In this document: positions 21,113 to 30,136 of the stretch, one piece after another | Layout: each line of letters begins with the position of its first letter | Position numbering within the stretch: the stretch's first letter is position 1 | Origin: Denitrobaculum sp. | Lineage (GTDB): Bacteria > Pseudomonadota > Alphaproteobacteria > Kiloniellales > Kiloniellaceae | Direction of reading: 5' to 3' | Assembly (NCBI GenBank): GCA_965225735.1 | Contig: CBDDBN010000025.1 | Location: 169,963-201,962 of the forward strand | Length of the DNA stretch: 32,000 nucleotides | Notes under the pieces: model-generated | What the model saw: the letters and a program-made list of their open reading frames with translations, nothing else | What the model was told of the DNA's origin: nothing | Databases searched by the model: none | Made by a program: the position numbers and the translations under genes

Positions 21113-22201
21113 TTATTCGGCAATTGCTGCGGCAGCCGCCTGCGGGACGCCTTGCGCCGCGGAACCGCCGGACGCCAGCTCCGCCCGGATCGCGTCGCTG
21201 TCCATATCCGCCTCGCCGATCACCACCAGCCGGGTGGACTGAATCTCCGCCGGCTGCCAGTCGCGGTCGTAGTAATGCTGCAGCCGCCCGCCAACGCCCT
21301 GAAGCACCAGGCGCATGTCCTTGCCGGCAACCTTGGCGAAGCCCTTGACCCGCAGGATGCCGTGCCGGGCGATCACCGGCAGCAGGCGCGCGACCAGGCT
21401 CTGCGGCGTCTCGACCTCGCCCAGGTCCACGGCGAAGGAAGTGAAGTCGTCATGGTCATGCTCGTGGCCATCGTCGTGGTGGCTGGGCCGGGAGTCCAGA
21501 TCGTCCTCGGCGGCGGCTTCCAGGCCCAAAAGAACCTGTGCGTCGACCTTGCCGTAAGAACTGCGCACCACCTTGACCTCGGGCCGGATCTCTTTCTTCA
21601 CGTCGCCCAGAACCTGCTCCAGCGCCGTCTCGTCCAGCAGGTCGGTCTTGTTGATCACCACCATGTCGGCGCAGGAGATCTGCTCCTCGAAAAGCTCCTC
21701 CAGCGGGCTTTCGTGATCGAGCGACTCGTCGGCCTTGCGCTGGGCATCCACCGCCGCCGGGTCGCTGGCGAAGAGGCCATCGGCCACCGCTGGGCCATCG
21801 ATCACGGTGATCACGCCGTCGACCGTCACCTTGGTGCGGATTTCCGGCCAGTTGAAGGCCTTGACCAGGGGCTTGGGCAGCGCGAGGCCGGAGGTCTCGA
21901 TGACAATATGGTCCGGCGGCTCGGGCCGGTTCAGTAGGGTCTCGATGGTCGGAATGAAGTCGTCGGCCACGGTGCAGCAGATGCAGCCGTTGGGCAACTC
22001 CAGCACCGCGTCTTCCTCGCAGCCCTCGATACCGCAGCCCTTGACGATCTCGCCGTCGACGCCCAGGTCGCCGAACTCGTTGATCACCAGGGCGATGCGC
22101 TTGCCGCCGGCGGTCTCCAGCAGGTGGCGGATGGTGCTGGTCTTACCGGCACCCAGGAAGCCGGTGATAACGGTTGCCGGGATTTTATTCGATTGGGACA
22201 T
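21113..22201 (-). CDS. cobW: CobW-family GTPase / metallochaperone
   Basis: KIPATVITGFLGAGKTSTIRHLL, NGCICCTVADDF, VINKTDLL and His-rich HHDDGHEHDHDD. Starts directly upstream of cobN. Confidence 0.95.
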   Translation of the reverse strand: MSQSNKIPATVITGFLGAGKTSTIRHLLETAGGKRIALVINEFGDLGVDGEIVKGCGIEGCEEDAVLELPNGCICCTVADDFIPTIETLLNRPEPPDHIVIETSGLALPKPLVKAFNWPEIRTKVTVDGVITVIDGPAVADGLFASDPAAVDAQRKADESLDHESPLEELFEEQISCADMVVINKTDLLDETALEQVLGDVKKEIRPEVKVVRSSYGKVDAQVLLGLEAAAEDDLDSRPSHHDDGHEHDHDDFTSFAVDLGEVETPQSLVARLLPVIARHGILRVKGFAKVAGKDMRLVLQGVGGRLQHYYDRDWQPAEIQSTRLVVIGEADMDSDAIRAELASGGSAAQGVPQAAAAAIAE

Positions 22202-22237
22202 CAGATCTGCTCACCACTGCCTGTTTAGCTTTTATTA

Positions 22238-22792
22238 TCATGAGACCGGCGCTTTTACGGTCATGGGCAGTCCCGCGACCATGAAAACCACCGAATCCGC
22301 CACCGCCGCCACCGCCTGATGCAGGCGGCCGGCATGGTCTCGAAAGTCTCGCGCCAATCGGTTCATGGGCACAATCCCAAGACCGACTTCATTTGAAACA
22401 AAGACGACCGGCCCCGCGAGCTCCGGTAGGGCCTTCACCAGGGTCTCGATCTCCACCTCAATCTCCCGCTCCTCCGCCATGAGGTTGGAGAGCCAGAGGG
22501 TCAGGCAATCCACCAGGATCGGCCGGTCCGCCTGCGCTTCACGGGTCAGGACCCCGGCGAGGTCCAGAGGTTCTTCAATCGTCGACCAGCGCTCGCCCCG
22601 CCGTTCCTTGTGGGCCGCAATGCGCGCGGCCATCTCGGAGTCCCGTGACGCCTGCCCCACCGCGGTGGCGATATAGAGGCAGTCGCCAGTCCCAGATTCG
22701 ACCAACTGCTCCGCATGGCGGCTCTTGCCCGAGCGGGCGCCGCCCAGGATCAGAGAGACGGCGGGAAGCGTCGTGAGGTCGTTCGGAGACAC
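22238..22792 (-). CDS. cobU: Bifunctional adenosylcobinamide kinase / adenosylcobinamide-phosphate guanylyltransferase
   Basis: SLILGGARSGKSRHAEQLVESGTGDCLYIATA...RIAAHKERRGERWSTIEEPLDLAGVL...VFVSNEVGLGIVPMNRLARDFRDHAGRLHQAVAAVADSVVFMVAGLPMTVK is the CobU/CobP signature. Confidence 0.96.
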   Translation of the reverse strand: MSPNDLTTLPAVSLILGGARSGKSRHAEQLVESGTGDCLYIATAVGQASRDSEMAARIAAHKERRGERWSTIEEPLDLAGVLTREAQADRPILVDCLTLWLSNLMAEEREIEVEIETLVKALPELAGPVVFVSNEVGLGIVPMNRLARDFRDHAGRLHQAVAAVADSVVFMVAGLPMTVKAPVS

Positions 22793-22959
22793 CGGAGTCC
22801 ATAAGCCTTCAGAATTGCAAAGTGGCGGCGAGTTTCCTTAGCGGGCACGGCCGGCGCAAGGACAAACTGAATGGGGCAGAAAATCGCAGAAAATCAACAA
22901 GATCGGGCTGTGGTTCGCGAAACCCACGCTAACGCATATCACGTTGAATTGCGGTCTCC

Positions 22960-23007
22960 GGCTGATCCGAACGCGTTGTGCTCCGCAAACGCTGCCTCGG
23001 ATCAGCC
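22960..23007 (-). promoter_or_regulatory. Long inverted repeat in the cobU / KFGH-repeat-protein divergent region
   Basis: GGCTGATCCGA (22960-22970) and TCGGATCAGCC (22997-23007) are perfect 11-bp arms. Inner GCGTT/AACGC arms (22973-22977, 22988-22992) could extend the stem. Strand of action uncertain. Confidence 0.45.
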
Positions 23008-23118
23008 TGCAACCACACTTATTCAATAGAACGCGATACACGCTAAATTGTGATCGCCCTGTGTGTGGCCGTCTGGGGTACGCGAACCCAGATGATTAAC
23101 CACGAGGCTGCTAACTCG

Positions 23119-23142
23119 ACCGCCTCATCTCCATGAGACGGT
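23119..23142 (+). promoter_or_regulatory. Hairpin in the 5' leader of the KFGH-repeat protein gene
   Basis: ACCG-c-CTCAT-ctcc-ATGAG-a-CGGT, ending 19 nt before the ATG. CGGT can alternatively pair with ACCG at 23146-23149. Confidence 0.4.
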
Positions 23143-23161
23143 GCAACCGGGAAATTGAACC

Positions 23162-23908
23162 ATGCTGAAACGAACCGCTTTGACCACACTGCAGATCTTC
23201 GTGATTCTCGCCGTGATCACCTTCATGCTGACCTCCGCCGTACGCGCGGCGGGCTTCCACGCACCGGCGTCACAGGCCAAGGCCTTGTCCGACAACGCCC
23301 AAGCTCAGAGCGGCGAAGTCATCAAGGCCGGATACTTCAAAAAGCGCCACGGCCATCGGGGCTACGGCCACCGGAAGTTCGGTCATAAAAAGTTTGGCTT
23401 CCGGAAGTTTGGACACAAACGGAAGTTTGGTCATCGTAAGTTCGGGCACCGCAGCTACGGCCACAGAAGCTTCGGACACAAGAAATTCGGCTTCCGCAAG
23501 TTCGGCCATAAGCGGAAATTCGGCCACCGGAAATTCGGTCATGGCAAGTTCGGCTTCAAGCGCCACGGCCACAAGGGCTACAAACACTCAGGCTACGTGC
23601 ACAAAGGCTACGGCCATAAGGGTTACGCGTACAAAAGCCACCGACACGACAAACACAGTCACAAGAGCCATGGTTACCATCAGCTCAGCGACGGCAAGTT
23701 CGATTACGGCGCCAGCAGCTATAAATCCACCGGCCCCAAACACCACGGCCATAACTTCAAAAACGGCAACAGCCAGAAGAAATTCGCCGTCAAGGTCCTG
23801 CCCCGCCGCAAGCCCGCGGTGAAAAAATTCAACTACGGCAGCAGCAAGTTCAAACAGAAATCCCCGAAACACCACGGGCATGATTTTAGGAATGAGCCGA
23901 GGTATTGA
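23162..23908 (+). CDS. Secreted His/Lys/Gly/Phe-rich low-complexity repeat protein (KFGH repeats), unknown function
   Basis: 248 aa. N-terminal hydrophobic signal-like segment (TTLQIFVILAVITFMLTSAVRAA), then repeated K-F-G-H / R-K-F-G-H / G-Y-x-H-K units and two C-terminal PKHHGHxFxN units. Confidence 0.8.
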   Translation: MLKRTALTTLQIFVILAVITFMLTSAVRAAGFHAPASQAKALSDNAQAQSGEVIKAGYFKKRHGHRGYGHRKFGHKKFGFRKFGHKRKFGHRKFGHRSYGHRSFGHKKFGFRKFGHKRKFGHRKFGHGKFGFKRHGHKGYKHSGYVHKGYGHKGYAYKSHRHDKHSHKSHGYHQLSDGKFDYGASSYKSTGPKHHGHNFKNGNSQKKFAVKVLPRRKPAVKKFNYGSSKFKQKSPKHHGHDFRNEPRY

Positions 23909-24452
23909 TGGGTGGCATATAGAAAAGGTTGTAAGACCCAATATAGCGATCTTACTTTTCCGCTAGTCAAACTCAAAAAATATCTAAACGCTCAACTCCA
24001 ATGGACAAACTTACCGCCCCATTCTTAGCTCGAAATTGAAGATAATCTTAGCGATCTAAGAATAACCAAGCGCTCCCGCGTAGAAGAACTCTACCTGAGA
24101 AATCCAGGGCAGCTCACTATGTCCCCGGCAATTGCGGAACCGGGAAAGTTCGTTTCCCAGCGCTCTCGATAACCTAATCGCCGACAAAGGTCGATCACAA
24201 AGCCACAGATGCTGTTTTCACACCTTTCGACGAGCACAGGGTCAAGTTAAAGGCTGTGGGGTTCCTCACATTCTACAACATGCATCAGTCACATAATCAA
24301 ACTTAGTTTTTACCTACTTCATACCATTACCCCGCGTTCGCCAGTGTCAAGAATCTCCGCAGCCTCGGAGTTGCCCTAGCCCGAAGTCTACCGCAACTCG
24401 CTAGCGAATGGTTTGGATCCGACGAACGGTTGGGAAATTGAGAGGCTCGGCG

Positions 24453-27263
24453 ATGAAAAAGTTCGCTTTGGTTGCACTAATTCTTTTGACCGCTTCTGCT
24501 TGTGGTAATCCGTACGGACTAAAATTCGACAGTGTTAACCTAGACGCCGATCAACAGAAAGGCGTAATCCAATTCACTGACCCCAAACTCTACAAGCGCG
24601 AAGCTCTTATTAACGAAAGGAAAAGAGAGCGAGCCTATCTCAAAAAACTACTGGACAAGACTGAAGAAGATACTTTCGCAATTGAACCCGAGATCGTTCG
24701 AGAACTCGAAACCATTCAAGCATTTTCAGCGAGCCTTGGCCTGAAAATTGATCCCACTGCGGGCGCCAACTTTCAAAGAGACACAGAAATAGCAGAACTC
24801 AAACATCAATTTGAGCTGACTCGTCTCGACATGCAGCTATCTCAATTGAAACGCGACGCCGAACTTCTCAACGACCAACTATCGAATCAACAAACGCTCT
24901 CCCAATCAGTTGGAACGCCTTCCGGCAGCACAACCGTAAACAGCAGTGTCACACCCCCAGATCCAACAACACTCATTACTAAGATCGAAGATCTTAGGGC
25001 CAAACTTGAAAACCGGCTTAATGCACAAGTCTCTCAACCGCGGAAAGTTTCCACTGCTGTCGCTGGACCTATAGACACGCTTAACGATATTTCCGCTTAT
25101 CGCAACGCTTTAAAGAGCGCAATGAACACAGTGAGCTTAGATGAATTGCACGACAAAGGAGGCAATTCCCTTTTTCGCGTGCAACTTAAAGCGACTGTGC
25201 TTCCGGGCGACAAAGATTATCTAGATACGCTCGGTGTCTTGCGGATGGAAATCGGAAAACCAACTTGGACGGTTGACGATAAGCGGGAGCTATATCTCAA
25301 ATGGCTCCTGCATGTGAACCGCAATCTCAATCTGGTTCCCGATCCCCAAAACGCAACGGATGAAAAACGGATAAGGACGAGCCCAGGTCTAGTCACTCTT
25401 GGACAGATTGGTGATCTCTACGAAATCACCTTACTGGAGATACCAAAGCAAGGAACGACTGAAATAAGCAATGATATTGGTGCTTTTCGGTGTAAAGGAG
25501 TTCAGCAAACGGAGCGCTTTCCAGATGCTTGTTGGTACGTCAGAGTAGCAACACCTCCACTATCGTCCAGTGGTGTTACTTTAGCTCAAATGCTTGACCA
25601 AAGCGTTCAGTTCTCTTCCCGAGTAACTGGCACACTACTTGGTGCACGCAAAAGCCTTATTGAGGGAAAAGGCTTCGACGGCATCCCACTTCCTGAAAGT
25701 ACATCAATCCTTAATATGGACTGCAAAACTTTCGTATCAGCCGAAAATGAAACGTTCATCCTGCAACGCACTGATGACCGGAACCGGAAAGGCACAACAC
25801 TAAAAGCTGCGTTAGTTCAGGCACAATCAGTTCGCACCTGGTGGCCCTATGCTTCTGCCGTTATCGGTTTCCTGACCGAGTTTCAATTCGGCAATGGCCC
25901 ATCGGAACAAGCCATTCCAAAACAACTCACCCAAGTATTGACGCGGTTCCGTTCGGTTCACGAAGCGGCAGGCGCATTTCTAATCGAGCTTGCAAAAAGA
26001 AACCCATCTTGCAAAGCACAGATCCTAACGCCGGCCATCACAGTCACTCCTGATGTTTTCAAAGCAATCATTGAAAGCGCAAATCCAAGAGTCTCAGTCT
26101 ACGATGTAGCTCCGACAGAGCGAGTCCAGAGGATATCGACAGCAGCTAGAGCAGCCGACGCTATCGCTCTTGCAGCTGCGGCAACCGGACAACTTCCGAG
26201 TCACGGTATTGGGTTGAGCGGCAATTTCGCTTATTCACGGACGGCAACTGGCAAGGCAGATGCATTGGAACGCGCACCACTTGTCGTTGGTTTCGCTGAG
26301 CCTGGAGCCGACACGAATCAACATAAACCTTCATTCGGCTGGCTTCTCGGGCCTCAGATTGGCTTGAATCCAGAGGACCAATCCCTCTTTCTAAGCCAGC
26401 GCGTAAAGCCTTATGAACTATATGCCGATCTGTCTTTGCCGGGTTGGTGGCCTCACTTCGAACTCAGGACTTTTACTGCTTGGGCACCCGAATGGCGTTC
26501 GACAACAGATGGTTCAACAATAACATCCGAGGCCCTTAAGCGCGTTGTAACAGTTCCGATGGAGCACAATGCCGCCGATCTTGATGGCTTAACATCCTTG
26601 ATCCTAGAAACAACCACCGGCGAACGCGTGGCATACCCCACCATACTCTCAATCGAACCACCTGAAGTATCAGCGTGCGCCGACAACATCGAACTCCAAG
26701 TACGCGGCGAAAACATCTGGCGGGCTTCCCTAGTCCATATCGGTGGTCTTGCTATCAAAGACGCAAGCATCGAAGTGCTTCCAGATATGCGAGGTGTATT
26801 GGTCTCCGTGCCCACTAAGGATATACCTAAAATCGACAATGGACAGAATCTCGTTACCGTATGGACCAAGGATGGCCCTGCTTCCTTCCCCATCTCTTTC
26901 GACAACAAACGCAAGGCCGATGGAACATGTGAAGCCCGAACGGCTCCAGCACCGCAGCCCAAAGGTCCGGTTATTACGAGTGTTGCGCCTTCTGCTATCT
27001 CTGTCTGCGATACTGACGCAGTTTTTACAGTAGTCGGAAAAAATCTTCAAAACATTGGCAGCGCAGTCTTAGGCACAATGACCGCAAGCAGCGTGAGCGA
27101 GGTCGGGCCTCGAAACGGCACGGTATTAGAGATCAAAGTGAACGGCATCGATGGAAAGAAAAAGATCGACGCCCTTCAATTCATAAACTTGGCTATCCGG
27201 ACGCCTAAAGGTGCCACAACTGCCGATATCAACGTCGTCCAGTCACCGACAAGATGCAAATAG
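24453..27263 (+). CDS. Large predicted lipoprotein (936 aa) with N-terminal coiled-coil-like region and C-terminal IPT/TIG-like segment, unknown function
   Basis: Start chosen at the internal ATG giving MKKFALVALILLTASACGNP with a lipobox (TASAC). Heptad-rich region around ELKHQFELTRLDMQLSQLKRDAELLNDQL. Tail GPVITSVAPSAISVCDTDAVFTVVGKNLQNIGSAVLG is IPT/TIG-like. Confidence 0.75.
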   Translation: MKKFALVALILLTASACGNPYGLKFDSVNLDADQQKGVIQFTDPKLYKREALINERKRERAYLKKLLDKTEEDTFAIEPEIVRELETIQAFSASLGLKIDPTAGANFQRDTEIAELKHQFELTRLDMQLSQLKRDAELLNDQLSNQQTLSQSVGTPSGSTTVNSSVTPPDPTTLITKIEDLRAKLENRLNAQVSQPRKVSTAVAGPIDTLNDISAYRNALKSAMNTVSLDELHDKGGNSLFRVQLKATVLPGDKDYLDTLGVLRMEIGKPTWTVDDKRELYLKWLLHVNRNLNLVPDPQNATDEKRIRTSPGLVTLGQIGDLYEITLLEIPKQGTTEISNDIGAFRCKGVQQTERFPDACWYVRVATPPLSSSGVTLAQMLDQSVQFSSRVTGTLLGARKSLIEGKGFDGIPLPESTSILNMDCKTFVSAENETFILQRTDDRNRKGTTLKAALVQAQSVRTWWPYASAVIGFLTEFQFGNGPSEQAIPKQLTQVLTRFRSVHEAAGAFLIELAKRNPSCKAQILTPAITVTPDVFKAIIESANPRVSVYDVAPTERVQRISTAARAADAIALAAAATGQLPSHGIGLSGNFAYSRTATGKADALERAPLVVGFAEPGADTNQHKPSFGWLLGPQIGLNPEDQSLFLSQRVKPYELYADLSLPGWWPHFELRTFTAWAPEWRSTTDGSTITSEALKRVVTVPMEHNAADLDGLTSLILETTTGERVAYPTILSIEPPEVSACADNIELQVRGENIWRASLVHIGGLAIKDASIEVLPDMRGVLVSVPTKDIPKIDNGQNLVTVWTKDGPASFPISFDNKRKADGTCEARTAPAPQPKGPVITSVAPSAISVCDTDAVFTVVGKNLQNIGSAVLGTMTASSVSEVGPRNGTVLEIKVNGIDGKKKIDALQFINLAIRTPKGATTADINVVQSPTRCK

Positions 27264-27297
27264 CTCTGCTCTAGAACAGCGTGAGAGGAGAACCACC

Positions 27298-27492
27298 ATG
27301 GAAAGAGGCCGCGTTAAGTCATTTGGAGGCGGTCAAGGCACTATTGAACCTGATGAAACTGGGAAGCCGGATGTGTTTTTTCTGAGTACTGTTGTCGAGG
27401 GCTCCAAAACACCCGCTGTCGGCGCCGCTGTCGAATATAAACTTTATCAGAGTGGCGGCGAACCTGAAGCAAAGAGGGTGGTGATTATTTGA
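27298..27492 (+). CDS. Divergent cold-shock-domain-like small protein (64 aa)
   Basis: MERGRVKSFGGGQGTIEPDETGKPDVFFLSTVVEGSKTPAVGAAVEYKLYQSGGEPEAKRVVII follows the CSD layout (G.VK.F....G.I.PD..G.DVF......G...VEY). Starts 34 nt after the lipoprotein stop, with a possible ribosome-binding site (gagagga). Confidence 0.6.
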   Translation: MERGRVKSFGGGQGTIEPDETGKPDVFFLSTVVEGSKTPAVGAAVEYKLYQSGGEPEAKRVVII

Positions 27493-27978
27493 AGTCACTA
27501 AATGTATGACCAAAAACTATTGGGGAGCGTAGCGACCAACATTCCTTTCGTACATAGTAATTAGGCACGGATTTCTTGTTGCATTAAGAATCCAGTTTTA
27601 AAATCATGTTCGATAACCCGCGAAATTCCAGTGACACAGCACCCAAGTTTCGGCGCGAATTACAGAAACATAATGCTTAATTATTCGGTCGGGCGAACTA
27701 CCTCTTTCTTTTAGAAATGACGATGAACTTGGCTGGAGAGTCAAGACATCGGGCGTTAAACCAGCAACCGATCACGCCCAAACAAGGACCCAATCCCGCT
27801 TGCTCGGTGACGATCTCATCGGACCGATCCAATTGAGCTATTGTGTCGTGTGTCTGGTCCGTGTGTCGGGGATATTGAAGCATCGGGGACATGGCCGTAA
27901 TCGCGGCTGGTCACGCTCCGAGCCTATAGTAGGGGTTCTGTGTTGAGCAGCCCCAGTAGGCCATGAAGGAGCGCGACC

Positions 27979-29007
27979 ATGGAGTATTATATCGGTTTGG
28001 ATGTGTCCCTGAAAGAAACCCATCTTTGTTTGGTCGATCAGGCAGGTAAGGTTCTTGGCCGGCGCCGGGAAGTGAGCCGTCCGGATCTTCTGGCTTCGGC
28101 GATCAGGTCTCTTGCGCCCGAGGTTCGGTTGGTTGTTCTGGAGACGGGTGGACAATCGAGTTGGCTGCAGCGCGAACTGAGCGCTTTGGGTGTGCCGGCG
28201 GTGATCGTCGATGCCCGACGCGCCAAAGCGGCCTTGAGTTGCCGGATGAACAAGAGCGATGCCAATGACGCGGAAGGCTTGGCGCAGTTGGCCCGCACCG
28301 GCTGGTACCGGGAAGTGGCCGCCAAGCGGCCGGAAGCGCGCCTGGCGCGGGCGTCTTTGCTGGCCCGTCAGCAACTGGCGAAGCAGCGGCGCGATCTGGA
28401 GAACTGCATCCGGGCGCTGTTGCGGGGTTTTGGTCTTCCTGTTGGGATGGTCAGCCGGCGCGGTTTCGAAGCGCGGGTGTGGGAGTTGCTGGGTAAGGAA
28501 ACTTTACTGGAAGAGGCCGTGGCGCCTCTGCTGCAGGCCCGCCGTGGCTTACTGGTTCAGATCGAGGTGCTGGAACGTGACATCAAGGCTCTGGCAGCGG
28601 CCTCTGCGGTCTGCACGCGCCTGATGAGCGTTCCCGGTGTGGGTCCTATGACGGCGCTGGCCTTTGTGAGCGCCATCGACGATCCGGACCGCTTTACACG
28701 CTCGAGCGCGGTGGGTGCCTATCTCGGCCTGACCCCTCGACGTCATCAATCGGGTGAAGTCGACTGGTCCGGCCGGATCTCCAAGCGGGGCGATGCGCTC
28801 GCGCGGCACATGCTCTATGAAGCGGCCAATGCCTTAATGGTCAGGACCAAGAAGTGGTCGGCCCCCAAGGCCTGGGCCTTGCGCAAGGCGGCCCGCATCG
28901 GCCCCAAGAAAGCTCGGGTGGCCCTGGCCCGCAAGCTTGCTGTGGTCCTGCACCGTATCTGGGTCGATGGCAGCGAATTCCGTTGGACGAAGGAGGAAAC
29001 CGCCTAA
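27979..29007 (+). mobile_element. IS110-family transposase ORF (element ends not resolved)
   Basis: 342 aa: MEYYIGLDVSLKETHLCLVDQAGKVLGRRREVS...VDARRAKAALSCRMNKSDANDAEGLAQLARTGWYREV...LMSVPGVGPMTALAFVSAIDDPDRFTRSSAVGAYLGLTPRRHQSGEVDWSGRISKRGDALARHMLYEAANALMVR matches IS110 DEDD and C-terminal regions. Confidence 0.93.
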
Positions 29008-29403
29008 GGCACCAAATACACTAAGACCAGTTCCGTCCCCGCCGGGACGCGAGGCTCGGGCTCATCCCGCAAGTATTGTTGCGCCCCGAAAGGGACAAAC
29101 GCGTGGCAGGGACATTGGGAAGCCTGGACCTCTTGGAAGCCATCCTGCGGCGAGCCTCATGAAAGGCCCATCAGACCGCGTAGACAACCATGATACCGGC
29201 GGTGACGTACAAACCGGAGCTTGACCGAAACACTCGCGATTAGACAACATAATACTTAACTCAGCGCTCCTGCTCAGGTCTCAAAAAAGATTCTTAAGGT
29301 TTCTAGCGGTGAACGCAACGCTCCGCGTCGGGCATGTGCGGCGGTAAGGCACGCTGTAGGACTCGGGCGGTGGCAACGACGTAATCAGCGTCCGGCTGTG
29401 ATA

Positions 29404-30015
29404 TCAGAGACCCGATGTGAGATATGACGCGATCAGGGGGTTCGAGGTGACCCTCCAATAGAGTTCCTGCAGACCGGGTGTTCGCTCGAGCAAGCCAGGC
29501 AGCCATTCCAGGTATGAACTCAATGCCTAGGCCAGGACGACATCGGCGAAGGTCATCTGGTCCGCAACGCAAGAACCCGACCCCTGCGTCACGATGATCA
29601 CCTCGAAGCGCGGGCTGAACTTGGCAAAGCGCGCTTCGAGTTCGGCGGTTGCGATTTCGACACTGGGCCTAAAGGCGACTTGCATCACAGTCTCGGCGAA
29701 GGCAGCAACGACACCTGCGATCATGTCGGCCCACATGGCTTCCGTATCATTGGCGCCGTAAAGCCCGCCCCGCCGCGCGAGATAGCGGATCGTCGCGGAG
29801 GACTGACTGGGGTGATGGCCGTCCAGCTCCAGCAAGGGCATCTGGTCAAAGTGAGGTTTGCCGGATGCGCGCAGGTCCGCCGGTTCTGCCGCAGTGTCTA
29901 TGGGCAGATTGACGAAATCGACACCGGTGCCGGTCAGCGTTTCCGAAGTAACGCCGTGATCACGAAAAAAACCGAAGAAACCTTCGTTACCTAGAGTACG
30001 GGTGCCAAAAAGCAC
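29404..30015 (-). pseudogene. Glutathione S-transferase-like pseudogene with in-frame stop
   Basis: Minus strand reads ...GLYGANDTEAMWADMIAGVV...SCVADQMTFADVVLA*ALSSYLEWLPGLLERTPGLQELYWRVTSNPLIASYLTSGL*. A TAG interrupts an otherwise continuous GST C-terminus, and the N-terminal beta-strand region is unrecognisable. Confidence 0.7.
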
Positions 30016-30136
30016 CTAGGAGAACGAAAACCCTTCTCGGAAGGTAGGTCGCGGACTCACACGAGAGAAAACCTCGGTCTGCCTGACGTGGAATTGGAAG
30101 AAATCGACTGTCTTTTCGCAGGGAGCACATAGATTC

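Noticed and set aside
21032-21937. 301-aa plus-strand ORF
   Set aside because: Antisense to cobW. The sequence is the usual His/Arg/Leu-rich shadow of a GC-rich gene.
22793-23100. Possible cobalamin riboswitch upstream of cobU, prompted by CAGCCGGAGACC on the minus strand around 22954-22965
   Set aside because: Resembles the B12-box core (AGCCAGGAGACC) but is one nucleotide short, and I found no GGGAA...GGTGAAAxTCC...CCGCxACTG arrangement in the expected position. An Rfam RF00174 covariance search would settle it.
27838-28374. 178-aa minus-strand ORF overlapping the IS110 transposase
   Set aside because: Antisense to a confident transposase ORF. No independent motif.
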